Assembly (NCBI GenBank): GCA_964425995.1
Contig: CAYRPC010000001.1
Location: 40,254 to 104,253 of the forward strand
Direction: 5' to 3'
Source of the DNA: an uncultured Phycisphaeraceae bacterium
Lineage (GTDB): Bacteria > Planctomycetota > Phycisphaerae > Phycisphaerales > UBA1924
DNA length: 64,000 nucleotides
Shown here piece by piece: positions 25,922 to 35,515 of this stretch (positions are counted from its first letter, which is position 1; every line of letters begins with the position of its first letter). A program made the position numbers and the translations under genes. The notes beneath the pieces were generated by a model. That model saw nothing but the letters and a program-made list of their open reading frames with translations. It made no database searches and was not told the DNA's origin.

Positions 25922-27856
25922 TTACTCGCCGCAGGCAGTGCAGGGGCCTTCCTGGAAGACCAGCAGGAAGCTGGCGATATCGCAGGGATCGAAGAGGCCG
26001 CCATCGTTGTTGAAGTCGACGGAATCGCAAGTCTGCGTATCGGGAACGCAGGGGCCTTCAGAGAAGACGCTGAGCAGGGCATCGATATCCGTGGGATCGA
26101 ACAGCGCCAAGTCGTTGTTGAAGTCGATGTCGTTGCAGACAACCGAAGGGCCACAGGTCGGGCCAGCACCGGCAACGAACTCAAGGTTCGCACCGACGTT
26201 AAGGCTCGAGCCGCTGCGACCACGGACGTGGAAGCGGTCGTTGCCGCTAACGGTGGAAAGGTCGCTGTTGTCAGCGTCGAAGAGGGCCGAAGCGATGTAG
26301 TAGGTGCCGGGGAGGAGGTCGCCGCTGTTGCCGCCCGCGCCGAACCTGATGTCAGGCTTGTTGGGGGTGGGAACGCCCACGCCGTCATCGCCGAAGGCAA
26401 CAATGTTGCCCGAGGCATCGAAGACCCAGGCGACAACATCGGAGATGTCGTCGGAGAGGCTGTAGTCGAGAACCAGGCTGCCGCCCGAGGCGCACACAGC
26501 CGTCGTAATCTCGAAGGAGTTCCAAGCGACGCTATCAATGGTGTCACGGGCCAGGACACCGGCAATACCGAAGTTCGTGCCCGCAGCCAGCACACCATAG
26601 GCAGTACCAACGAGCGCGTTGATTTCAGGAGTCACGCTGGCGAGGTTCGCGCCACCGACGGTGTTGGTACGGAAGTTGGTGGTTGCGGAACCACCAGCGC
26701 CGCCAACGTTCGTAACCGTGAAAGCGGGGCCGAAACTGGCGGTACCGTCGGAGACGGCAACGTAGTACTGCGTGCCCAGGCTGTTGTCCAGATCGCCAGC
26801 CGAGCCGTCGTACTGTTCGCCATCGCCCAAGGGAGCGCGGCGACCAACGCCGAAGCTCAACTGGGCACCAGCGCCAGTGCCGCGATCCAGGCCGGAGAAG
26901 CCGACCAGATTGCCGTCGGCGGTGTAGAGGCCGATGTTGGTGTCAGCAACCGCGCTGCCTTGGGAATCGATATCCAAGTAGGTCAGAAGATCGTCATCCA
27001 CGCCGTTGGTGAGGCACACTTCGTACCACTTCACGCCAGCAGCGGGAATCGGGTCGATCTGAGTCGTGTTGCCATCGGTGAGGCAGGGAATGCTTTCACG
27101 CGGGGTGGGAGGCTGCACGGGGGCATCGCCACGAAGGCCCATGTACAGACGACGAGGAGCAGCAACGCCGTTCACTTCGGCGGGTGTGGTCTGAACAAGC
27201 CCATCGCCGTTGGAGTCGCCCCAACGCTGCGGATCGCTGGTACCGACAGCGAAGGCAGGACCACCCGTGACCACCCATGTGGTTGGGTGGGGGTTTGTCG
27301 TACCAGGTGCGAGAGTTTCGAGTGTGACGAAGCCTTCAGCGCCGGACAGGTTGTTGGCAACGTTGATGGCGGGGGTGAAGGTGGGCGTGCCGCCTGGTGA
27401 GCCATCGAAGAAGGTGACGAAGGTTGGGGTGCCGACGATGCCGGTGAAGGTCACGTTGCCCAAGGGCGTGTTGCCCGGGAACGTACCGACCGTAAAGCCG
27501 GTGAAGTTGTCATAGATCGTGACGCGAACATCAGCAGTGACCTCGGTTGCGCCAGCGGGCGTGACGATACCGAAGTAGGCGCCGTCGACGGGAACGTTAC
27601 CCACAACGGCGCCAGCGGGGCCGCCAGCGAAGTCAAAGTCATCGCCTGAACGCTTGGGGAAGCCACCGTCGGAATAGCCGCGAAGGTCGACGGCTGCACC
27701 GTAGACGATCGTCAGCACACGACCAGCAAAGCCCTGGCTGGGCGCCTGAAGGCGAATCTGGCCCATGCTGGAGATGTCTTCGGGATTGGACTGGGCAAAG
27801 GCCGCGCTGGAGCAAGCGAGACCAGCTGCACACACAAGCAACGCACTCTTCTTCAT
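25922..27856 (-). CDS. secreted surface protein with two PPC-like beta-sandwich repeats and C-terminal double dockerin-like module
   Basis: Track ORF runs to 28069. ATG 27856 gives the signal peptide MKKSALLVCAAGLACSSAAFAQ. There are two internal segments of pre-peptidase-C-terminal-like pattern (VKWYEVCL...IGLYTADGNLVG...YYVAVS and VAWNSFEI...VAWVFDASGNIVAF...YYIASA). The last 71 aa (25925-26137) are two Cys-bracketed DFNND(G/L) repeats. Confidence 0.6.
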   Translation of the reverse strand: MKKSALLVCAAGLACSSAAFAQSNPEDISSMGQIRLQAPSQGFAGRVLTIVYGAAVDLRGYSDGGFPKRSGDDFDFAGGPAGAVVGNVPVDGAYFGIVTPAGATEVTADVRVTIYDNFTGFTVGTFPGNTPLGNVTFTGIVGTPTFVTFFDGSPGGTPTFTPAINVANNLSGAEGFVTLETLAPGTTNPHPTTWVVTGGPAFAVGTSDPQRWGDSNGDGLVQTTPAEVNGVAAPRRLYMGLRGDAPVQPPTPRESIPCLTDGNTTQIDPIPAAGVKWYEVCLTNGVDDDLLTYLDIDSQGSAVADTNIGLYTADGNLVGFSGLDRGTGAGAQLSFGVGRRAPLGDGEQYDGSAGDLDNSLGTQYYVAVSDGTASFGPAFTVTNVGGAGGSATTNFRTNTVGGANLASVTPEINALVGTAYGVLAAGTNFGIAGVLARDTIDSVAWNSFEITTAVCASGGSLVLDYSLSDDISDVVAWVFDASGNIVAFGDDGVGVPTPNKPDIRFGAGGNSGDLLPGTYYIASALFDADNSDLSTVSGNDRFHVRGRSGSSLNVGANLEFVAGAGPTCGPSVVCNDIDFNNDLALFDPTDIDALLSVFSEGPCVPDTQTCDSVDFNNDGGLFDPCDIASFLLVFQEGPCTACGE

Positions 27857-28030
27857 AATGCAAACTCCTCTCGAGAGTTTTGTGGGGACCATCCCCTTGG
27901 GAAACAAAGCACCGTGAGAATCCGAACTCACGCGAAACTCGACGTAGCGGGTTTTCACCCGGCACGCAATATCAGCCAAACTGCCATCCCGTACACGGGC
28001 AAGCCCAGAAACCCAAAACCCCGACAATTG

Positions 28031-28058
28031 AACCGTGGCAATCAAACCGTGGCAATCA
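28031..28058. repeat. perfect 14-bp tandem direct repeat AACCGTGGCAATCA x2
   Basis: Read directly. About 175 nt upstream of ATG 27856 (minus-strand gene). In gene orientation it reads TGATTGCCACGGTT x2. Confidence 0.9.
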
Positions 28059-28276
28059 GACGCTCTCACAGAATGTCCAACACAAACTCATTCAGTCGGC
28101 ACACTCGGTGTGGGCAGAATGCCCGGACAGCGCCATTCTTGCATAACGTACCAGCAGATTGACGGAAAGCCAAGCACTTTTTGACGAACAACTCACAGAA
28201 TTTTCCAACAATCACCGTTCAGTGGGGATAACGCCTGATCACCATTCGTCCGGTAAAGGTCGCCCCCACGTTTGGT

Positions 28277-29611
28277 TCATCGGCCAGTGCTGGCCCGGGC
28301 TGCACGACGACTGGCCATCTGGTCCACAAATTCGTCGAATAAGTAGGCCGAGTCGTGCGGACCAGGGGACGCTTCAGGGTGGTATTGCACCGCAAAGACG
28401 GGCTTGCCATGCAAACGAAATCCTGCGAGCGTTCCGTCATTCAGATGGATATGCGTCGCAATGCCACCCGACGCCTCGATGGACTTGGGCTCAACGGCAA
28501 AGCCATGGTTCTGGGCAGTTATCTCGACCTTGCCTGATTCACTGTGAAAGATGGGCTGATTCGCACCACGGTGGCCGAACGGGAGTTTATAGGTCCTACC
28601 GCCAACGGCCAGTGCAAGCAGTTGATGACCAAGGCAGATACCAAAAGTGGGTATGGTTTTCTCTTCGGGCAGTTTCATGAGACTCCCAAGCGTGGCAATC
28701 GTCTTGTCAACCGCCGCAGGATCGCCCGGGCCATTGGAGATGAAGAGGCCGTCAATTTCATTGGCCTCATACATCCGCGTGATCTCGGACGCTGCGGTGT
28801 CGTGGGGCACGACGATGACGGAGCAGCCACGCTGGGTGAGGTTGCGCAAGATGTTGGCCTTCGCACCGCAATCGAGGGTGAGGACGCGAAGCGGTTGGCG
28901 AGCATGGGCGGCGGAAACAACATGCGCGGGTGACCAATCGCCCAAGGTTTCTTTCCAACTCGACCTACTGGAACACCCGACGAGCGGGACGAGGTTCTGA
29001 CCGGACATGTCGGGAGTTTTGCGGGCCATCTCCACGAGTTGAGTGTCTGATAAGTCTGTACGATCAGTGAGTGCACCGTTGACGGTGCCACCCATGCGAA
29101 GTTTCTTGGTCAGTGCGCGAGTGTCGATGCCCTCGATGGCGAGAACGTTCTGGTCGGCGAGGTAGTCTTCGAGCGATTGGGTGGCGCGGAAGTTGGAATG
29201 GCGGCGCGCGAGTTCGCGGACTACGAATCCAGCGACCTGGACCTTGCGGCTTTCAACATCTTCTGGATTGGCTCCCGTGTTGCCAATGAGCGGGAAAGTC
29301 TGGACGAGAATCTGGCCCGTGTAAGAGGGATCGGTGATCGATTCCTGATAGCCGGTCATCGCGGTGTTGAAGACCACCTCGGCTTGCGTGACCAGGTTGC
29401 GGCCTATGGCACCAAAGCCACGCCCGATGAAGATCGTGCCGTCGGCGAGGGCCAATCTCGCGGGTGGGCGTGAAGATGGGCGAGTCACTGGGCGTGAAGT
29501 GGGATGTGCAGATGCGTCGCGACTCAGATTAGCGGGCGCGGGAAAAAGTCTCCCTTTCGCTGCATCGTTTGAGTGCGAGGGGTGACGAACGGAGTGCGGA
29601 GGGTTGGTCAT
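28277..29611 (-). CDS. carA: carbamoyl-phosphate synthase small (glutaminase) subunit
   Basis: GTIFIGRGFGA and NTAMTGYQE (N-domain), GATase Cys in GICLGHQLL, QYHPEASPGPHD. The start is uncertain. ATG 29611 gives a ~50-aa Pro/Ser/Arg-rich extension; in-frame TTG 29455 would give a canonical (M)ALADGTIF; the track ORF extends to 29728. carB is not adjacent. Confidence 0.92.
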   Translation of the reverse strand: MTNPPHSVRHPSHSNDAAKGRLFPAPANLSRDASAHPTSRPVTRPSSRPPARLALADGTIFIGRGFGAIGRNLVTQAEVVFNTAMTGYQESITDPSYTGQILVQTFPLIGNTGANPEDVESRKVQVAGFVVRELARRHSNFRATQSLEDYLADQNVLAIEGIDTRALTKKLRMGGTVNGALTDRTDLSDTQLVEMARKTPDMSGQNLVPLVGCSSRSSWKETLGDWSPAHVVSAAHARQPLRVLTLDCGAKANILRNLTQRGCSVIVVPHDTAASEITRMYEANEIDGLFISNGPGDPAAVDKTIATLGSLMKLPEEKTIPTFGICLGHQLLALAVGGRTYKLPFGHRGANQPIFHSESGKVEITAQNHGFAVEPKSIEASGGIATHIHLNDGTLAGFRLHGKPVFAVQYHPEASPGPHDSAYLFDEFVDQMASRRAARASTGR

Positions 29612-29788
29612 GTGATAGACTCGAGGGACGCTGGCAACCTGACGGGACGTCGCGCACGCTCGTAAAATATAATAGCGAGCACGGATCAAAAGTTCTCGCA
29701 CCATGGGAGATTTGGACAGCAACTGCACCCCCCCACCGCTCCTCCCTTCCCGCGTCCCCCTTCGCCCGTCCCCTCAAACTACAATCGA

Positions 29789-31834
29789 GTGATGTCCACT
29801 CCGCCCGGCAAGCCCCATCATGGCAAGGGTCAACGCGCCGGGAATGGGCGTGGTGAAACCAGCGCCAGGGTTGCGGGTAAGGGTGCGGGCAAGACGGCCC
29901 ACATGACCCCGAGCATGATCGAAGCGAAACCAAGCCAACTGGAGGCCGCCCTGGATGGGGCGCGGATATTGTCGGTTTCGTTGGAGAATGCACAGGCAGC
30001 GATGGTTGCCCAAGCGGCGCGCAGGTTTGGCGTCATCGACATTGGCAGCAACAGCATTCGACTGCTCGTTGTGTCGTTGCCAGAGGGGACGAACGATCGG
30101 TTTGCCGCTGGGCAACCTTGGACGGTGCTGTGTGAAGAACGGGCGATGACACGCCTGGCTCATGGCCTCTCTGACACGCGAGAATTAACCAACGAGTCGA
30201 TGGCGGGATCTGTCGAAGCGATCTCGCGATTTGTTGCGATCGCGGAGCGGCTGGGTGTGCGGCAACCCGCCTTGCGTGCGTTCGCAACGGCCGCGGTTCG
30301 GGACGCGAAGAACAAAGGCGACTTTCTGTCGCTGGTGAGAGATCGTGCGGGCATCGGGATCGAAGTCATCTCGGGTCTTGAAGAAGGTAAGTTCACTTAC
30401 CAGAGCGTGGCGCGGGCGTTTGATCTGACACACGGGCGATGTGCGGTCGTGGATATCGGCGGGGGCAGCCTTGAGGTGGTGTTCAGCCATCACGGGGTTA
30501 TCACCGACAGCACGACGATGCCGCTGGGTGCGGTGCGATTGACGGAGCAGTTTGGCGGAGCGGACCAAGCGGCCAGCGCACGCTGGAATGAGTTGCGCGA
30601 GTACTGCGAGCGGACCATTGATCGGTGTGTGCGGGTTGGCAAGGTCGGGCCAAAGTCGGGGGACGCTGGCGATGATGCACCCCCTCAGATGCTGGTGGGA
30701 TGCGGGGGAACATTCAACACGCTCGCGACCCTGGCCTCGGCTTCGCGGGGAATCTTGATCAGCCGCAACAGTGCTGCGATGCGGGAACTGGGGCCTGTCA
30801 CGCGTGAGCAACTCAAGGGTTTGCTCACGCACTTGCGCAGCATGCCTCTGGCAGATCGGCTGCGCGTGCCCGGCTTGCCCAGCGATAGGGCGGACATCAT
30901 CATCGCGGGATTGACGGCTGTGGAACGGCTGATGAAACACCTGGGTGTTGAGCAGGTGCATGCGCATCCTGGGGGAGTTCGCGAGGGATTGATATTGAAA
31001 GTGATCGCAGAGGCGTCGCGTCCGACGGTGGCCTCGCGGCGAGCAGCTCGCCATGTGCAGGATGGGGACGCGCTGCGAGAATTGCGGGCAGCGATGCTGA
31101 GCGATGCACGCGAGTTGGCAAAGGCTTGTCGCTACGAGCAATCGCACAGCGAGCAGGTGGCGAAACTTTCACTCCAGATTTTCGATCAGCTCAAGAGCGA
31201 TGGGGTCGTGATGAAGTTTGTCGATCAAGACGCGCCGGAGGGGGAGGGAAATAAGGGAAGCATCCGGCGGGGCGGCGTCCGGTGGGGAAGCGATCCGGCT
31301 GAACGAACGATTCTGGAAGCCGCGGGCGTGCTGCATGATGTGGGGATCATGGTGGAATATCGACGCCACCACAAACACAGCGCGACGATCGTGCGGCATG
31401 CTGATCTGGCCCATTGGAGCGACCGGGATCGCGAAGTGCTGGCGCAGGCTTGTCGCTATCACCGACGCAGCGAGCCCAGCGAGCGGCATGAGGAGTTTGG
31501 GGCACTGGGAGCAACGGAGCGTGGGCTAGTGCAACGGATCGCGGCGGTGCTGCGGATCGCAGACGGACTTGATCGGTCGCACACGCGGGTGGTGCAAGAG
31601 GTACGGGTGCGCAAGGGCAAGCAGTCGCTCATGCTGGCGGTGCATGCGAGCAGCCACGCGCATGAGGAGCGAAGGGCAGCCGGGGACAAGGGCGGACTAC
31701 TGGAATCACTCATCGGGATGAGTATCGAGATTGAGTTGGAGAGGGATGTGCCGGTAGTTGAGACGATTCCAGGTGCGTTGATTTCCAAGCACATGGATCC
31801 CCGGCACGTTCGACGTAGGGGGCGTGGAAGGTAA
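29789..31834 (+). CDS. ppx: Ppx/GppA-family phosphatase with C-terminal HD domain
   Basis: ASKHA-fold motifs FGVIDIGSNSIRLLVV and VVDIGGGSLEVV. HD domain LHDVGIMVEYRRHHKHS. The N-terminal ~60 aa is low-complexity, so the start is uncertain. Confidence 0.85.
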   Translation: MMSTPPGKPHHGKGQRAGNGRGETSARVAGKGAGKTAHMTPSMIEAKPSQLEAALDGARILSVSLENAQAAMVAQAARRFGVIDIGSNSIRLLVVSLPEGTNDRFAAGQPWTVLCEERAMTRLAHGLSDTRELTNESMAGSVEAISRFVAIAERLGVRQPALRAFATAAVRDAKNKGDFLSLVRDRAGIGIEVISGLEEGKFTYQSVARAFDLTHGRCAVVDIGGGSLEVVFSHHGVITDSTTMPLGAVRLTEQFGGADQAASARWNELREYCERTIDRCVRVGKVGPKSGDAGDDAPPQMLVGCGGTFNTLATLASASRGILISRNSAAMRELGPVTREQLKGLLTHLRSMPLADRLRVPGLPSDRADIIIAGLTAVERLMKHLGVEQVHAHPGGVREGLILKVIAEASRPTVASRRAARHVQDGDALRELRAAMLSDARELAKACRYEQSHSEQVAKLSLQIFDQLKSDGVVMKFVDQDAPEGEGNKGSIRRGGVRWGSDPAERTILEAAGVLHDVGIMVEYRRHHKHSATIVRHADLAHWSDRDREVLAQACRYHRRSEPSERHEEFGALGATERGLVQRIAAVLRIADGLDRSHTRVVQEVRVRKGKQSLMLAVHASSHAHEERRAAGDKGGLLESLIGMSIEIELERDVPVVETIPGALISKHMDPRHVRRRGRGR

Positions 31835-31899
31835 ACCAACGGCTCTTGTGTTTTCACAATCACTCGTATCGAGTTGCTCGAAGCTGCGAATACTCCGCC

Positions 31900-32634
31900 A
31901 TGTCCACAGTCCTTTCTATCCGGGGTGTCACGAAGACTTACTACAAGCCAGACGGATCGGTGATGGCGCAGGCCCTGCGAGGGGTCGACGTCGAGATCGA
32001 GAAGGGCGAGTATGTCGCGGTGATGGGATCATCGGGGTCTGGGAAGAGCACGCTGATGAATGTGCTGGGTTGCCTGGATCGTCCGACGACAGGTGAGTAT
32101 TACTTGGATGGGAAGAATGTCGCCTCGATGGGCGATGAAGAATTGTCCCGCTACCGAGGCAGGACAATTGGGTTCATCTTTCAGGCGTTCAACCTGATCC
32201 CAGAGTTGACCATCGAGGGGAACGTCGAGGTGCCGCTGTTCTATCAGGGTGTGACGCCTTCGACTCGTCGGGAACGAGCGTTGGAGGCATTGCGGATGGT
32301 CCAGCTTGACCATCGCCTGGGACATCGGCCCAAGGAGCTTTCGGGTGGACAGATGCAGCGTGTGGCGATCGCGCGGGCGCTGGTTACTCGCCCGGTGCTT
32401 TTGCTGGCCGACGAGCCCACAGGAAACCTGGACCGTGCAACCGGGCAGGCAATCCTGCAGGTGTTTGATGATCTCAACGACCAGGGGATGACGGTGGTCA
32501 TGGTGACGCATGATCCGAAGGTCTCGGAGCGTTGCCAACGCATCGTGCGACTGGCGGACGGCGTAGTCGAGACTGATGTGCGTCAGGTGCCGCTGCGGCC
32601 TGCGAGACTGGGAGCGGAGGCGGTGGCGATCTGA
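31900..32634 (+). CDS. ABC transporter ATP-binding protein (MacB/LolD/FtsE-like)
   Basis: Start at ATG 31900. Walker A GSSGSGKST, Q-loop, signature LSGGQMQR, Walker B LLLADEPT, H-loop VTHD. No permease gene adjacent. Confidence 0.9.
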   Translation: MSTVLSIRGVTKTYYKPDGSVMAQALRGVDVEIEKGEYVAVMGSSGSGKSTLMNVLGCLDRPTTGEYYLDGKNVASMGDEELSRYRGRTIGFIFQAFNLIPELTIEGNVEVPLFYQGVTPSTRRERALEALRMVQLDHRLGHRPKELSGGQMQRVAIARALVTRPVLLLADEPTGNLDRATGQAILQVFDDLNDQGMTVVMVTHDPKVSERCQRIVRLADGVVETDVRQVPLRPARLGAEAVAI

Positions 32635-32926
32635 TGGTTGCGTCTGGTTCAGGTTGTCTGGTGGGGTGTCAAAGTTGCAAACGACAAGGCGTTTGGACCC
32701 AATTCCGACACATGGGACTTGAAATCCCCCGCGAGCATGCGACGATGCCTAGTCCCGAGACTACGCACTTCTGTGCGTGCATCTCTCCCCAAAGGGCCGC
32801 GTGCCCGGAATCGGGAATTCCAGGGATAGTCAAGACCCACCCCGCCTGAGGCTTTGCTTTGAGCTGCGGCGGATATGCAAACGTTCCAGTCCCGTCTGGC
32901 TGGAGCGGGTGTGTTGGAGGTTTCTC

Positions 32927-35125
32927 ATGTTGACCGCGTCCAATGGCAAGGTCAGTTCGCACCATACCGCCCAGCGTGAGGTGCCCGCGCAATCGAACGG
33001 CGATCGCGTCGAGCAGCACTTCGGCAGTGATGTGTTTACCGAGCGGGTGATGCAGCAGCGCCTGCCTAAGGAAGTGTTCAAGCGCCTCCAGCGGACGATC
33101 AAGGTTGGCGAGCCGCTGGATCATGACTTGGCAGATGTGGTCGCGGCGGCGATGAAGGACTGGTCGCTTGAGCGCGGCGCAACGCACTACACCCACTGGT
33201 TCCAGCCTCTGACCGGACTCACTGCGGAGAAGCACGATGCGTTCTTCATCCCAGACGGGCAGGGCGGCGCGATCACAGAATTCACGGGCGGAGCGCTGGT
33301 GCAGGGCGAGCCGGACGCGAGCAGTTTTCCAAGCGGCGGGATTCGCGCGACCTTTGAGGCGCGCGGGTACACGGCGTGGGACTGCACTAGCCCGGTCTTC
33401 ATCAACCGCGATGGGGCGAGCGCGACACTGTGCATCCCGACTGCCTTTGTGTCGTGGACGGGCGAGGCATTGGATCACAAGACGCCCTTGCTGCGGTCGA
33501 TGGAAGCGGTCAGCAAGCAGGCTTTGCGAGTGCTGAAAATCTTCGGGACCGATCAGGGTGTCCATCGCGTCATTGCGACGGCTGGCCCTGAGCAGGAGTA
33601 CTTCCTGGTTGATCGCAGCAGTTTCTACAAGCGCGACGACCTCGTGGCTTGCGACCGCACGCTCTTTGGGGCCAAGCCGCCCAAGGGGCAGCAGCTTGAG
33701 GATCACTACTTCGGCAGCATTCCCACTCGCGCGCTTGGCTTCATGCACGATGTCGAGCATGACCTGTATCGGCTGGGCGTTCCGGTCAAGACCCGTCACA
33801 ACGAAGTGGCTCCTGGCCAGTTTGAGTTGGCTCCGCTGTATGAGACGGCGAACATCGCGGCGGACCACCAGATGCTGACGATGGAGACGCTCAAGCGGGT
33901 CGCGGCTCGCCATGGATTGTCGTGCATCCTGCACGAGAAACCGTTTGCGGGCATCAATGGGAGCGGCAAGCACCTGAACTGGTCGATCGCGACCAACACG
34001 GGCGTCAACCTGCTCGATCCGCGCGATGACACGCACACCAACATGCAGTTCCTGGTCTTCCTCTGCGCGGTCATCCGCGCGGTGGATACCTACGCGGATC
34101 TGCTGCGGCTGAGCGTGGCGAGCGCGGCCAATGACCACCGCCTGGGAGCAAACGAGGCCCCGCCGGCGATCATGAGTATTTTCCTGGGCGACATGCTCAC
34201 GGATATCGTGCATCAACTTGAGACCGGCAACCCGAGCAAGACGATGAAGGGCGGGCGGCTTGATCTTGGTGCGAGCACGCTGCCACAGATTCCTCGCCAC
34301 ACGGGCGACCGCAACCGCACCAGCCCGTTTGCATTCACGGGCAACAAGTTTGAGTTTCGGGCGGTGGGCAGCAGCGGCAACGTTTCGTGGCCCGCGACGG
34401 TGCTGAACACGATCGTCGCCGACAGTCTGGACGCGATCTCTGGCCAACTTGAGAAGGAACTGGGCAAGAACTACACGCCTGGCGCGGGCGTTGAGAAACT
34501 GCAGCGGGCCGTCAAGAAGGTGCTGCAGCGGATCATCAAGCAGCACAAGCGAGTGCTGTTCGATGGCGACGGATACACCCAGGAATGGCATGCGGAGGCA
34601 AAGAAGCGCGGGTTGCCCAACTATCGCGAGAGCGTGGTTGCCTTGCAGCAACTCAAGATCAAGAAGAATGTCGATGTGTTCAAGCGGTTCGGCGTGCTGA
34701 CCAAGATCGAGGTCGAGGCGCGTGAGCACATCCTGCTCGAGAAGTATGTCAAGCAGGTGACCATCGAGGCGGACACGATGACGCAGATGGCCAAGACGCA
34801 AATCCTGCCCGCGGCGATTCGGGCCCAGACGGAGTTGGCGGAGAACGTCGCCGCGACGGAAGCAGCGGACGTAGATGCCAGCGAGGCCCGGGACAGTCTT
34901 GAAGAGTTTGCCGGGCTAGTTTCGCGGCTTCGGGCTGCGATCACCAAGTTGGATAAGGCTGGCGACATCACGGATCATGATGTCAATAAGCACGCAGAGC
35001 ACGTTCGCGACGGCATTCGCCCCGCGATGGCCGACCTGCGCAAGATCGTGGACGAGCTTGAGACGCGCGTGCCGCGGGACTTGTGGCCCTTGCCAACGTA
35101 TCGGGAGATGCTGGTTTTGAAGTAA
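32927..35125 (+). CDS. glnN: glutamine synthetase, type III
   Basis: ATG 32927 with GGAGG 6 nt upstream. About 732 aa. [22 protein letters not shown] and [23 protein letters not shown] are typical of GSIII (from memory). Confidence 0.9.
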   Translation: MLTASNGKVSSHHTAQREVPAQSNGDRVEQHFGSDVFTERVMQQRLPKEVFKRLQRTIKVGEPLDHDLADVVAAAMKDWSLERGATHYTHWFQPLTGLTAEKHDAFFIPDGQGGAITEFTGGALVQGEPDASSFPSGGIRATFEARGYTAWDCTSPVFINRDGASATLCIPTAFVSWTGEALDHKTPLLRSMEAVSKQALRVLKIFGTDQGVHRVIATAGPEQEYFLVDRSSFYKRDDLVACDRTLFGAKPPKGQQLEDHYFGSIPTRALGFMHDVEHDLYRLGVPVKTRHNEVAPGQFELAPLYETANIAADHQMLTMETLKRVAARHGLSCILHEKPFAGINGSGKHLNWSIATNTGVNLLDPRDDTHTNMQFLVFLCAVIRAVDTYADLLRLSVASAANDHRLGANEAPPAIMSIFLGDMLTDIVHQLETGNPSKTMKGGRLDLGASTLPQIPRHTGDRNRTSPFAFTGNKFEFRAVGSSGNVSWPATVLNTIVADSLDAISGQLEKELGKNYTPGAGVEKLQRAVKKVLQRIIKQHKRVLFDGDGYTQEWHAEAKKRGLPNYRESVVALQQLKIKKNVDVFKRFGVLTKIEVEAREHILLEKYVKQVTIEADTMTQMAKTQILPAAIRAQTELAENVAATEAADVDASEARDSLEEFAGLVSRLRAAITKLDKAGDITDHDVNKHAEHVRDGIRPAMADLRKIVDELETRVPRDLWPLPTYREMLVLK

Positions 35126-35151
35126 GACGCGGTTTAGTATTTTTCACACGT

Positions 35152-35178
35152 CCTCGACGCAAGTCGGGGATTTTTTTT
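35152..35178 (+). terminator. Rho-independent terminator of glnN
   Basis: Stem CCTCGAC/GTCGGGG (7 bp, one G-U), GCAA tetraloop, then A + 8 T. Starts 27 nt after the TAA. Confidence 0.85.
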
Positions 35179-35515
35179 GGTAGGATGCTCGCGAGAAGGG
35201 TTGGACTTTCGTTGAAGCAGAAAGCACAATACCTTTCGGCATGGTTCGAAATGTCCCAACCCGTCGTGCCGCTGAACCAGAGTGCATCGGCTTGAGGCAC
35301 TCGGCTGCTGGCTACCACGCTTTTGGCGAGGACGGGTTGCCCCTCGATCTCGTCCAACCAGAGTCGTATCCGGTCGCAGACCTGCGGCTTGATTGACTGG
35401 TCTGACAGGCATCACGACAGCATTGACTCGATTGAACGGGCGAGCATGTGGATAAGTCGCGAATACACTTCACATCATCTCGCTATTGATTGATCGCTTA
35501 TTTTTTGGAGTCCTC

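Noticed and set aside
25685-28058. The short tandem repeats (12 bp x3, 14 bp x2) considered as a possible degenerate CRISPR or mini-array.
   Set aside because: The repeats are head-to-tail with no spacers, are far too short, and there are no cas genes. They are simple tandem duplications.
29455-29611. A Pro/Ser/Arg-rich ~50-aa N-terminal extension of CarA, considered as a targeting or novel domain.
   Set aside because: This is most likely a start-codon artefact. An in-frame TTG at 29455 yields the canonical CarA N-terminus, so the extension is unresolved rather than interesting.
32635-32926. I looked for a glutamine (glnA-motif) riboswitch upstream of glnN and a TPP riboswitch upstream of thiE.
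   Set aside because: I could not find the conserved cores of either motif by eye, and thiE has essentially no upstream non-coding space. An Infernal scan would be decisive.
35241-35262. A GGTTCGAAA stretch resembling a tRNA T-loop.
   Set aside because: The flanking 5-nt segments (catgg / tgtcc) are not complementary, so there is no T-stem. No acceptor or anticodon arms could be drawn. It is not a tRNA.
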